From Lepidodermella squamata (lineage: Eukaryota; Animalia; Gastrotricha), in the NCBI GenBank assembly GCA_047495785.1, contig JBLDXI010000048.1, forward strand, positions 558,001 through 622,000: a DNA stretch of 64,000 bases, read 5' to 3'. Every line of letters starts with the position of its first letter. Position 1 is the first letter of the stretch. Shown piece after piece: positions 1 through 12,940 of this stretch. The notes under the pieces were generated by a model. The model had not been told where the DNA came from and ran no database searches. It worked only from the letters and a program-made list of their open reading frames with translations. The translations under genes were made by a program, and so were the position numbers.

Positions 1-3000
1 GTATTTTTGGGCCGTCTCTCTTTTTTTGCTGATATATTTGTTAGAAATGATGAAAAAATAATCATTGTTTCCAATGTAAAATTCGTGGAAAAAATGTAAC
101 GTTATGTTATTGATCAACTTCATTTATTGGAGACACGTGTATTGGAAATATACTATGTATCTATATATTTTTGTTTCGGCGCTTACGAAAAAAATAACAG
201 AACAAAGAAATGAAGAAGAATATTGAGAAATTTTCCGCGTCTTTTTTCATCCAATTTTTTTTTTAATTTCTTAGAATTTTTTTTTGCATGCTGGTTTTTC
301 ACGATGACTCATGCCACCAGATTATCATCCAATTAGGGAGCAAATTCAGGAGTGAAAATGGGTTCCCTCGTCCTTCTCGATTTTTTTGCCAGTATGTCAT
401 TCAAAAATGAGAAAAACCCATTAAAATCTGGAGCTGCAGATTCGATAAGAGAATTTTTCGATTTATTTTCTCTATTTTTTCTTCTTATTTTTTTATGGCG
501 GAAGATCAAAATATTATCTCGAGTATTTCACGGCGTTACACCAGCCCGATTTGGGTGTGAAATGCAATCAAGTATTTTTAGCTCCGCTTAGAACATGCTT
601 TCTCAGTCACAACTAAGCGCTGCTATGTTATAGCCTGTGGCAATAAAACACACGCGGTGTGATTAGCATAATATAAAACAAAATAATAGAGCATACCTAT
701 ATGCAAGCTTGCTACTATAATATTGAAAACGCCACGTGTCCAGTTAGCTGGGTTAACACTGCTATGACTCGAGCCTCATCAACGGCATTGCTCGTAGAAA
801 AAAGCTCGAGCCAGATCAATTCTAGTTTCATGTTTACTTAATTGCTGCTAAAATCAGATCTCTTGCACACCGTGATTTTTTTATGGGAAAAGTTCGAATC
901 GCATGTCTGGTTCGAATCGCGTGGCGGCTGGTATTCTTCCTTCGAACCTTGTTTACAAGACAAATTAAATATTCGATTTCAGACCTATTATCGATTGCCC
1001 AACTCATTTTTTGCATGTTTTAGCTATGTAGCGAATTATCTAAGGGAAATGCTTTCTTACGGGAAATTTCGGGACTTCAAACCCAATCGAAGCCAAACTT
1101 CACCATCAAGCCTAAAAATGAAATAGCTTTCGACTAAATCAGCTTTCGTGGCGGTTTCTGTTTCGTTGGCGAAAGCTCAAATCTGATCGTGGGGAACCTG
1201 AAATTGATGGTGGAAAGCCCATATTTGAGGGTAGAAAAATTTACACACAACTTCTAATGCGGCCGGTTCGAAGAGATCTGGACATCGTGGGGAGATAGTT
1301 TGGCATAATCCGATATTTCAGTTGTGAGCTTCAAGCAAACTCCAGCTACAAATATTTCGACAAAATAAGAGTGTGGCAACTAATTTTGAGACTCCAGCAC
1401 TAGATTTCCACTGAGCATGGATTTTTGAGTTTCATGTATTCGCTACTGTCTAAATTTTTTTGCTATCAAGCCTAACCGATAGATCTTCGTATTACGCGTA
1501 TTTTGCGCTATAAGCGGTCAGTTTACAAGTCATACTTCAGCCTGTAGAGCCGATATCGATTCATAGTATCGATTTTAAAAATCAGTGATTTTTCCCATGT
1601 CAGCCGTCTTGGAACCCAACATCGATAATTTTTCTACGTAGCTTAGGGCGCCAGGTAGCTTAAATAAAAAATCCTACGTTTAGAGAGGACATTATTATCG
1701 ATGAAAAACAAAAACGCCGAAATCGGTAAGAATCTTTTATGCTCAAGTTTCGAATAATTCAAAGACAATTTAGCACAAATAAATTAGCAATAAACTTTTA
1801 ACGGACAACTTTTGCAATCGAAGTAATGGTGAAAACGTTTTCAGCTTTCTAGATTTACAGTGTCCCAGAAGTTGTACAACTGGTTTTTAATTTAGCAACT
1901 TTTTGTAGGAAATTCAACTAATTGTTTTACATTGAACCTATCGAGAGAATATTCCATCTTTTATCCGCGATTTAACCGAAAAATCCCATTAACAAGTGAC
2001 TAACTTATTTACTATACTCGTGATTTTTCTAAAAATTCTCTGGTACTTCGTCTCTCATTTTAGAGTTTCTGAACCCTTTTCCGTGCATTTCCTTTGCTTG
2101 CGCTTTTTATCCCTTTCACGGCCGAATTATTTTCGAATCGAATTTTGAATTTTCAGGAAAATTAGGAAACTAGTTGGACAACCGTATGCAAAACTAGACA
2201 CCTGGGCGCATAGTTCGCATCAGGTTCTGATTTCGCTGAAAATTTCAATCACCTTAGTTTTTTGAATATAGATTCATCCGGATGAATTCATAGGATACGT
2301 CAGCCAGAGGTTACCGTTTTGCCAGTTTTACCTGAAAAGTCATAAAAACGGAATAGGTAGTCAATGAGAATTTATTTAGAATTTATTTTTTATTCTAAAT
2401 AACCGGCCGTGCTAAATGCCAAGTGTTAAATAGCGAAGTTTTTTTTACAGTACAGATCAAACAATCTGTGAGCAGATTATATGGGAAGAAAAAACAATTG
2501 CATATCGAGTGATTTGAATCGTCAATGACTCGATGCTTTTGTTACGAAGTTATGAAGTTTCAAAAATTTCAAGCGCGTCTTGACTATGAATTTTGATCTA
2601 TGAGAAATTCTCAACATTGGAGCGCCCCGATGAAAAAGTTGAAAAATGTTTCGTAGACCGATACATTTTTTGTGTTTTACATGTCATTTGACAGAAGAAA
2701 CTCATGGCTATCTTTTGTTGTCTTATCGAACGTTGTTTATACCTAGTAGTTTCGGAGGAATTCTTGTTCAAAGGGTGTCCGAAAATACCGAGTCCGAAGT
2801 GAGCATCTTAGAAAACAACAACAATATTATTGACTATTTGAATAAACGAGTCGATTCAGCTGCTCTGTGACAATCGCGCTGCTCATTATTACATCATGTG
2901 CTCCAATTTTTTTTGTGACACGCTTTCCCAGGAAGAACATCACGCCTTGTCCTGTTAGAAAAGCGAAGCCTTGCTCTGTCCGTGTCCGACTTTTAAAATT

Positions 3001-4442
3001 ATCGACATCGACCACTTGAAAAATTGTCGGTATTTTTTTCCAATTCCATTTGTCTTAAGGACGAATTAGGTATTATTAATTTTAGAGTGCATGTACTACC
3101 CTCATTTGCGCATTTATCGCTTGCGTTATTGCTATTTCTCAAAGCGTCTGTAATGAATCATCAATAAAAATTCTCCCAATTTTTCAGAGCCTTTCAAATA
3201 ACTGGATCACGCAATTTTTCTTATTTTCGCTCAGAAAATTCTCAAAATAATTACCGAACATTTACAGCTGTCCAGATATTTTTTATAATTTAGGCGGAAA
3301 TTTAATTTCCCCTATCATCCAGAATCCAGAGCAGCTTTTTTAGCGTTATCTTGGCATTCACTCAGAACACAAGATAGCTGTTTTCATGTGTGTTTTTTCC
3401 TTGAACCCGGCAGAGTTTTCGGTTTTTTCTGACGGGCCTTGGCGTTTAATGGACCTAATAATATTACACCAAAAAATAATAAATTCTGTTGTAGCGTGCA
3501 ATTTTTTAATCGATTTATAAAGCCTCATAGACAGAAGACGGAAAGGTGGGAAAAGCAGACATCTTTGTTGCAATAGATGTACTAATTCGATGTTAATAAT
3601 TTATTAGCCGATGGATGCGCGTACACGTCCAAAGCTCGAGCAGGTTAGCCGGCTATTTTTAGTTGTTTCTTACTTTCATTTTGACCAAGAGGTTATAAGC
3701 GTGTGATTAATGTGAATTATTCTCCAAATTTTTCTTGCATTTCGACAGCGTAGAATATAGGATAATATTACCTACTTTCATATGTGTATAGTCAATTTCG
3801 AATAGTACCTATCTATATGATTAGATTAGCGTCAATTGAACTTCGATACAGCGAAACCTTACAATAGCCAGCTAACTGGCGTGGCTCTCAAAATTACGTC
3901 AACTCAGGTGCTAGTTCGCAGCATTATTAGTTGCACTAGCCTCTATTTTATCGTGTGTTTGTATTTGTGTGTGTCTGCGTACTTTTCATAGAAAAACGTA
4001 TAATAATATGAGATGTGTGCGCTTCAATACTCGCATTTTTATTACATGTCGCTTTTGCAGTAGTATCATTATTATTATTACAATACAAGCCGTGTTCCTC
4101 TTTCGTACGCATATTACTATATACTATATACGCATAGCCAGCTCGATTTTTTTCTGTGCTGCTGCCATTTACATACACATAAGCGTGGCTTGCTAGTTAT
4201 GACTAGGAATCTTCGTTTTTATCATGAGGATAGAATCGTCGCCTTGTCCCCGTTTTTCACTTTTTCTGCTTTGTCTGCTTTTACACACGCGACCAGCAAA
4301 CCTCGTGGCAGACTTTTGCAACAATCTGGCCTCTTATAAAATTCGTTTTATTTAATATAGGTGCATTTGACGCGGACGATGATTGTTAGAATTTTATTAC
4401 ATTAATTCAAATTTGTGTGTGTACCTATCGATAAGAACAAAA

Positions 4443-7400
4443 ATGGCGTCGACGCCGGTTGAAGTCAGCATGATTTGCCAGGTGTGCAATCGTGTCGTGG
4501 CGTCGCCGACGTCGAACAGCAGCACGCCGAGCGGCTTCAAGGCGTCGAAGCACCACAAGGCGAACGGCGCCGAGTCGGTGTCGCCGAAGAAAAGCGACGA
4601 CGATTTGGACGTTGTGTCGACAACGCCGGTGAAAACATCGTCGTCGCCGCTCAACTTGTCGACCTCGGCGAATTTTTTAACCGTCGGCGGCTGTGGTGCA
4701 TCAGCAACTCGACTGCCAGTTATTTGCGGCGCTTGCAAGGTTGGCAATTTTCTTTATTTCTCTTGTTTTAGCGATACATTTCATCTAGAACGGAAAATTC
4801 AGCATTTTGAAAAATTTCACATTAAAATTGGGATTTTATTTAGGAATACGCAGTTTTTTGCGAAATTCAGAAAATTGACCGAATTTTTACTTCTCGATTT
4901 TTCCATGTCTTTTAATTTTTAGAATTTTTTTCAAAAATTGAAAAATTTTTTAGACGTCTAATTGAGATTGCTCATATTTAGCCGAATTGCTCTGTATTCG
5001 TTGATTTTTTGTTGTCGCCTAACTAGGTGGCACATCAAGTCACGGACTAGGAACTTCACCTAGGCTTATTTACTCAATATTCCGTGTCTCTCTCTACATG
5101 CGCAATAAATTTATATTGATTTTTTTCACACCGTCTGGCACAGTTATTTTTAGGCGACGATTTTAATTTTAATCTTGCTTATTTTAATTTTCCCACAGAA
5201 ATTCTCAACTTTTAGGAAAATTTCCTGAACGCATTTTAATTTGTCAAAAATAAGAAAAATAAAAAAATTCTCTTGCTGCACAAATTTGGTTCAAATTTTA
5301 AGCAAAAGCTGATTATTAACCTTCGGAAAGAATCTTTTGTCGGAAGTAACTCGTAAAAACTTCGATAGATTGAAATAGAAATTTCATTCAACTATTTGAC
5401 GTCCGTCTGTTTTTTTGTAGAAATTTTACCTGCGCTGCAAATCGAAAGGAAGTGATGCGGCGGCTAGTGCTAAATGTACCTGTGCAGCAACATCACCCAC
5501 GCCGACGTCGAGCTCAAGCACCCTCGCATCCTCTAAAGTCACCCCGTTATGCTGGCACTGCCGGTTTCAGCGCTGCCACGACGTGATTGTCGAGCGGCAG
5601 AACGCTGGTCTCAGTTCCGTCACATCCAACTCAAATCGGCCCAACATTAAGCTGGAAGCAACTACGGGCAGTGGTGGCGAGTCGGATGACGACGCTGGCG
5701 GTGATTTGGCCGCGCATAGGGCATCGTCGTCGAGCGGCGGTAATCAACCCGTTGATGTTCGTCTCATTCCATGCCAAGTCTGTGGTGCCTCTAGTAAGAT
5801 TTTTTCTTGCTTTTTCATCCGCTTTTCCCTGTAGATTACTCATTATTACTTTCGTTTCGGCGAATTGAGACTTTTATTACGCGTGTGCGTTTTGTAAAAC
5901 CGCGGACCGCACTTTTCAAAATTAGGTCATTGCGACACATTTTATTACTACCATTAAAAAATTGGGTCATGTCTTTTTTAATGAGAATTCTTATTTTACT
6001 TCATAGGTAGCGGCTATCATTTCGGTGTCATGTCTTGCGAAGGTTGTAAAGGCTTTTTCCGCCGGTCCCTCTCAAAACACAAAACATACCAGTGCAAAAA
6101 AGACGCTGATGGCGAAAAAAGCGGCGCTGCTTCGTCGGCCAAGTCGAAGAAAGCCGCCGCTTCGGGCTCAGCGTCGTCGACTAACAATCACATGGCGCGG
6201 TGTAAGCGGTGTCGCTACGACGCCTGTGTCGCCGCCGGCATGTCGATAGACGGCGTGCGAACCGGGCGGCATTCGATTCAGCGGAAACTCGAAACTTGCG
6301 CCCGTGTGCAGCAGCTGGCGACTGAAAACCGCCTTCTACCCAGTTTAGTCTACCGGCGGCAGCAACGCTGCGGCTGGACGAAGAACAAGAAGAACAAGGA
6401 ATTGGAGGAAGGGAAACCATCAAAAATCAGTTCCAGCAACGAAGATACCTCGAAAGGTCAGCAAATAAAATTTTTCCAAGATTTCTTTATTTTTTTTTTG
6501 TTTTAAATAGCGGTTGTGGATAACTCTGACTCATTATCGGTTGGGCTTTCACTTTCTGACAGTCAAGTAGCGACAGCAGACATGGGCAATGCATTCGAGC
6601 ACGGCTTCACGTCGCCATCGCCAATTCCAATGCAAACCAGTGGAAGTAACGCGCATCGCAACAGCAAAGTCAGCTTGACCTCTGACTCGCCAACACCGCC
6701 CGGTGGCTTCAACATGGACCCACTACTCGACGAAGGTAATAAAATTAGCTGTCTAGGTCATGACCTCATTGCGCGTTTTGCTTATTGAGGATTGCAAATG
6801 CGAGGACCGCACTTTTTATTAAGGAGTGTTTTATTTATTTTTGCGTAGTGAATTCTTCGATGCCGTCGCCAACTATGTACCGAGGCCTGACTAAACCGGT
6901 GGCGATGCGGCCGGGTGCAAAACTCTCGCCGCAGCCGTCGTCGTCGGCGTCGAACGACGGCCTGAACAGCGGCTTCTCGCAGCCGTACTCGCCGTACAAG
7001 TCCTACGTGAAAACAATGTGCTCAAATTATCTGGCGCAGGCGTCGAACAGCGGCGGCGATTCCAATTCGGATTCGCCGTCGTCGTCGTCGCACGCCGCCG
7101 CTAACGTGCGAACGCCCATGTCGAACGAGCCGATGAACTCGCCCGGTTCGTCGTCGTCCTCTTCCTCAGCACTGCTGGTCAACATTGCCGCGGCGGCGTC
7201 GGGCAACGACGCGCGCAATCCGTCGTCGGCCAACTACTCGCAGGTGTCGAATTTTATCCAAGAACTGGTACAGTTCAGCGCACACAATCGCTCGGCGACG
7301 CGCGGTGACGCGCCGTCGACTTCGGCCAGTGGCAGCAACACCTCTTCGCAACCTTTACTCGATTTTCGAAATTTGGCACATTTCGCACCGGTAATAAATT

Positions 7401-10400
7401 ATTTTGATAGGTCACTTTTTATTACCGGCCCAGGTCGCGTTTTATTGCTGTAGCGCGCCCCAATATAAATTGCTAGGCGAAATATTAAGGTGGATTTTTC
7501 AATAGTTTTTTTTCTTTATTTTTCTAGGTGAATAACATTCGAAATCAACCGCCGCCTGGCATTTCGCTGCAACAGCACCAGGCGCAGCAGCACTTTGTGA
7601 TGCCTGCGTTTCCGATGCCGCCGGCGTCGTCTCACCGCGTGCCCGCGCCTGAAAAGCCGCTGCGGGTCGACAACGCGTTGTGGACCAACGGCCAGTCGTT
7701 TTTGATCGACGACGTGCTTCGGCGATCTATCGATGCATCCAAGTAAGACTTGGCTATAATTATTACTTCTATTTACTCGCCCTACATTTATGCGACCGCG
7801 ATAGCCCTCGAGCGTAGATGTTGATGCCATCAATTTCATCTGGGATATTAGGCTATTGCGAAGGCGGAGAGGAGAACTAGAACCATTCGAATATTCATAA
7901 ATTTTTTATGGGACGTATGGTTATCGTGATTTCTCATTAGCAATACCTTTATCGATTTGCGTATTTGCTGCGAAAACCATTTCGATCATATTTTATTAAT
8001 CAGATTTCTGCTTTTCTCAACAAATTAACCATCTTGATTTAAATCGCGGAAAAATTCAACATTTCCACATTTCTAGATTTTAAATTGCTCTTGATTAATT
8101 AAAATTTGCATAATTGTAAAAATGGGCGATGGGCGATATAAGTGAAGTTATTTTGGAAAAAAAACCATGATTTTCAGCTCTAAAAAATCAGGAAAAATTA
8201 TAAAAATGTGAAATTCTCCTATGATTGAGGCTAAAAAACGATACAGAAATAGTGTTTCTGTATTCCTGTACAATACAGAAACACTTTTATTAAGATGGAC
8301 TTTTTATTATCGCATTTTCCTATATAAATGGCGTACAAGATCACTTTTTCCCGCACTTTCTAGCTACGTTTCTCCGAGTTTTTAGCAGATACAGAGGAGA
8401 AAAGCAATCTCGGATTTACTCAGAATACAGAAACACTTTTCTTGTACGAATGACTGTATGAATCGAGGTTCCGCAGGAACCGAAGATGAATACAGTCTGA
8501 CCCATCCAAGATTGCTTAAATGTCAGGGCCTGCTTTCCATCTACGTGCAAAATTTGGTAATTTTTCCATGTTACCTTGATTTTATAGAAATTCTGGATTG
8601 TTGGGCTAATTTTGGACACATCATTAGCATATTCATAATGGTCGGGATGCGTGCAGAACTTGAAGCTTTTCATGAAATTCCGAAAAAATGCGCACATGGT
8701 GCCAAGAACTTACAATGTCACTCAAACTAAATTCAAATGTTTTTCCTCGTATTTTTAGCTTAACGCATTTATCATGTCCAAAATTCCCCCACGTTTTGAG
8801 CTCAAACTTTCAGCTCATCTGACAAAAAATCTCAGCGCCAAAGTCGACAGTTCAAATCGACAGTTCAGGGTGTCAACTACTGATGGTAGTTTTTTTCAGA
8901 ACGATCGGCTTTCAGGTTGACCGGGAATAAGGGGGTCCCAAATCGACGTTTTGAGACATCCCACCTTTTTATTTTCTTATAAAAACAGGTAGCTTTTAGA
9001 ATACCTTTAATTTGGTACTGTTGGAAAGCCAGTGTTCAGTGCACCTCGAGATTTTAATGAGAATGATTTCAACCACACTGATAGAACACATTTACGCGTA
9101 TAAGTCGATTTCTCCAAATTTGGCCTGTCTAAAATCAACCACCCTTACGTTGAATTGATTGTGAATTAACGCGATGTTCAGAACGCCCGAAATTTGTTTT
9201 CGCACTTTAAAATATGGTATTGTCTCCAGCCTGCAGCTACCAGCCCTAATTAGAACAGGTAGAGAAAAAAGCACAGGTCTTGCTTTGTTGCGTGACCTGC
9301 AAGTGCGCGTCCCGCATTTTATTACAAGCAAAAGTGCGTAGCGTTTTTATTACGCGCACTCGACGAAAAAAGAAAGAGTGACCCTGCTCGTACATATATA
9401 TGTACGCGATTTTTGCTGCTCGTACATATGATATGTACGAGATTTTGGCTGCTCGTACATATATATGTACGCGATTTTTGCTAGTCGTACATATATTCGA
9501 ATGAAAACTTAGAATTTCAGCCAATTACTCAATTTCAATCCTGGCAAGTTCATTTTTTGAGGGCAAATGCCTCTAACAGGGTTCCACACACCTGCAAACT
9601 TTTACCCGCCCATCGGTTATGGTTCCGGACATTACCGACTTCGGGTAATTTCGGGTTTCAGATTGGCTAATAATGGGTATTCACCCTATGCATGCCAAAC
9701 TTTGAGGGGAGGTTGGTCACGCCTCGATGCACATATGGTTAAAATTTGGAACATTTGCGATCAAAATTGATTATTCCATTTAATTTCAAAGTTCAGCAGA
9801 AATATTTTTGAAATATATGTACGACTAGCAAAAATCGCGTACATATATATGTACGAGCAGCCAAAATCTCGTACATATCATATGTACGAGCAGCAAAAAT
9901 CGCGTACATATATATGTACGAGCAGTCATTCCGAAAAAGAAAAGCAAACGCTAAGTGAGTGTGTGCGCGTCTCGGCGTTTTCGAGGTTAAAAAGCAGCAA
10001 TTATTTACACATGCGTTTCTTATTTCAGTGCACTGGGCGACATTCGACTCGTGCAGTCGGCGCGGCTCAGCTTCGAAATGTCGCTGGGTGAGGCGTGGAA
10101 GCTGCTCATGTCGACCAACTTCGAGCCAGCCCTCGTCGCCATAACGCGCTTCATCCGCTTCATGCCCGGCTTCGAGCAGCTGTCCATGCCGGACCGGCTC
10201 AATCTGTTCGGCAACGCGTTCTGCCCGATCCTGCTCGCGCAAATGTCGCTCGACTACGACCCGCGCACCGGCTTCGTCAACTACTTCAACCTGCACGACG
10301 AGCAGTCGCGCCAGGTGCTGCGCTACCTGTTCAACGACCCGACAGATTTGTGCGCCAAGCACCTGCGCGACGCCGGCACGGGCGTGGCCACGTGGCAGCC

Positions 10401-10773
10401 GTCCGTCGCCGAGTTCGCCATCCTGTGCGGCCTGTTGTTCTTCGACCCGGACGTGCCCGGGCTGACGGAGCCGGGCAAAGTCCGCGAGTTGAACTCGCTG
10501 TACAAAGTGGCGGACGAGGCGTTTAACATGCGCCATTTCGCGCCTAACGCCCTGGTCCGCGATGCAAAATTTTCATCGCTGGCTGGGTATTTCAAAAATT
10601 TGATGCAGTACTTCAACTGGGGCATGACGAATGTGGCGATGACGCACCCGGAACTCGTGACTAGCCATTCGTTGTTTGCGGATTTGAACCAGCGCCTGTT
10701 GACGACGGCGCCGTCGCCCGGCCAGCAACAGTCATCCTTACAGCAGCACGACCATTTGGAAGATTTTCAATAG
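4443..10773 (+). CDS. 2DBD-NR: Nuclear receptor with two tandem C4 zinc-finger DNA-binding domains plus ligand-binding domain (2DBD-NR type), 7 coding exons
   Basis: Phase-consistent GT-AG exons 4443-4739, 5421-5793, 6007-6456, 6511-6735, 6849-7390, 7528-7742, 10029-10773. DBD1: CQVC...CGACKKFYLRC...CTC...[12 protein letters not shown]2: [28 protein letters not shown]...[17 protein letters not shown] signature [19 protein letters not shown] and [18 protein letters not shown]. Confidence 0.9.
5919..5969 (+). promoter_or_regulatory. Two RORE/Rev-erb-like extended half-sites in intron 2 of the nuclear receptor
   Basis: AAATTAGGTCA (5919-5929) and AAATTGGGTCA (5959-5969), 40 bp apart; both fit WAWNTRGGTCA. 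Confidence 0.4.
6755..6766. promoter_or_regulatory. Perfect IR0 nuclear-receptor palindrome in intron 4
   Basis: AGGTCATGACCT. Confidence 0.4.
9376..9932. mobile_element. Non-autonomous foldback/MITE with ~120-bp terminal inverted repeats built of palindromic subrepeats
   Basis: ~9383-9498 is the reverse complement of ~9812-9925; each arm has ~33-bp units containing cgtacatat-n-atatgtacg; aaaaagaaa occurs near both ends (possible 9-bp TSD). Confidence 0.8.
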
Positions 10774-12109
10774 TTAGGAAATTATATGCCACATCGCGAA
10801 AGCCGCACGAATCAATTATGGAATAAATTCGCGAAAAATTATAAAATCATCCTAAAAATTTGGAAAAATTAGAAAATTTTCTGAATTTTATTCAATTTTT
10901 TTTTTAATATTTTTGATTAATTCAAAAATTATTTTAGGTATTTAAGACAATTATTTTTTCGCATTCTGATTCGTGTTGCTTTTCAGTGATAGAAAATGAG
11001 AGTTTTCGGCGAAAATTGATGAAAATGAACAGCTTAATAATGTTATAATGTGCGGGTGATGAATTAACTGATGAAAAATAATTCTCAAAATATGAAACCA
11101 AATTCTGTTGAATTTATTATGAATTTTCTTTGAAGGGTATTACACTAATATTATTGCTATCATCAAAGTGCGTTACTCGGGAGAATAAAAATTAATTTTG
11201 TTGAATAGGCGCAACTCAATGCTTGAATAACTTGGCGGCGATATTTTTTGTGGCATCTTATATCAGCTTTTTTGTGCCGATTTTCTCTGTCTTTTTCTTC
11301 GTTGGAAACGTTGGAAATATGATGTCAATTTTGTAAGATGACGTGTAAATAATCCAAAAAGCCGTGTTGAACTTTCAATTGCTGATTCGTTGCGAAATTG
11401 AAATGACGAGAAGGCTGCGTTATTGTGTGAAAAATCATTCATGTCGATAGTAATATAAAAATATTCTGTTTAACCTACTATGCTGAGATATGTATAAATT
11501 GTGTATTCTCTTCTCTATTCTAGTTTTTTGCGCTCTATCTCGCTCTCTCTCTGGCTTACTTGAAATGCCTGTAATGATAATATGAATTCGAGGGTAAAGT
11601 GATGGCATTTTTATGGCTTATTAACGTATGGAACAGAGTCAAAGCTGAAGGAAAATAAAGCGAAACTGAAACGGTTCAAATGATGCGTTTTTCTTAATTT
11701 TCATGAGGAAAATACATTTAATTAAAAAGCTTAGAATGTTTTATTGACACGCGCTATTTCGATTATAGAGAAAACGTTAGGGAGGAAGAATTCGAAAACC
11801 CCATATTTTTATAATTTGAGGTTGTGGAGAAATTCCAGTGTCAAGTTGGTCACGTGACCTTTTACCTGGTGTCACACCTGAGCGGTTATCTGTGTGTGCG
11901 ACTTCGTGCCGATCGAAAAAAGCACAGAACCCATGATGCTGGGTTAGCCCGTTCAGAGCTAAACCACTATAACACTAGCGAGCTTCGGTGGTTGCGGGCG
12001 TTTCTGTCATCATCTTCCATTTTCGCTATTGACTTGCAGTATCAGAACAGTGAGGAAATGAAAACCCGAGTCGGGTACAGATTAACCAAAAAAGAAAGCG
12101 ACACCAAGT

Positions 12110-12940
12110 TGCTTCTGATTACAACTTTATTTATAACGGGCAACGTTTCGGTCCTTGCGTGGACCATCATCAGGCCTACAACAAAAGAAAACACAACAAG
12201 AAATTATTACAGTAAAAGACGAAAGCACAACAAGGTATCAGGATGAAAATAGAAACTAGAAACTGTCAAAATAGCTTTAATTTTATTGAGTCGGACTGCA
12301 CGTTCAGGCTCACAGCAATCTTTGTCTGCTTGATGAGTAGACTTTCGTGGACCAAGCAGTCCCACCTGTTGCGGCACTTGCGTAATACTTTGAAGTGAGC
12401 ATTGATGTCAAAGCTATCAGGCAGTTTGTGTGTGGCCAGATGTTTGCCAATTGAACTCGAAGCGAGCTTGTGTTCCTCGACTCGTTGATGTAGGTGCCGC
12501 GTGGTCATCCCGACATAGCCAGCGTCACACTGGCCACATGAAAAACGATATACGACGCACTGGCGGCTTACGAGTTCGGGCTTGATCTCCTTCGCTCCGA
12601 AATTTTCGTTGATTTTCCGGCTTGTGAACATGGCCTGAACAGCCACTCGGAGTTTTCCAGAAAGATCGTTGAGCCTCATCTTGACTTGTCGAGCACTTTT
12701 CCCGTCTTTGTAGGGTAATACAAAGCGTACAGGTTCGATCTTCGTTTCCTCAGTTTTTATACCATTGGGGTAGACTTTGTCAACAAATGATGCCAACAGC
12801 TTCTCAAACATGGCTAAAGGGTATTGAAGATTCAAAAATGTTTTACGCAGATGATCAACTTCCCTGCTGAATCCGAGCCATTCACTGTTAAGCCGGTAGG
12901 CGCGATACAGCATGGTCTTGATAGATCTGTGCATTACGGT
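12110..12940 (-). mobile_element. 5'-truncated Penelope-like retroelement (RT C-terminus/linker + GIY-YIG endonuclease, 3' pLTR)
   Basis: ORF 12266-12934: CVVYRFSCGQCDAGYVGMTTRHLHQRVEEHK ... ESLLIK ... LN; downstream hammerhead motif and AATAAA on the minus strand. Confidence 0.9.
12139..12176 (-). ncRNA. Minimal type I hammerhead ribozyme in the Penelope-like pLTR
   Basis: Minus strand GGC CTGATGA T GGTCC ACGCAA GGACC GAAAC GTT GCC: CUGAUGA core, 5-bp stem II, GAAA, palindromic AACGTT stem III, GGC/GCC stem I. Confidence 0.8.

Noticed and set aside
352-4196. Short ORFs upstream of the nuclear receptor
   Set aside because: AT-rich, no motifs or consistent splice structure; likely intergenic or UTR/intron.
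9383-9925. Regular ~33-bp repeats resembling a CRISPR array
   Set aside because: No unique spacers, arms are inverted copies, eukaryotic intron context, no cas genes.
9793-10625. Long antisense and alternative-frame ORFs (247, 143, 100 aa)
   Set aside because: Shadow ORFs of the GC-rich LBD exon and the adjacent MITE; no motifs.
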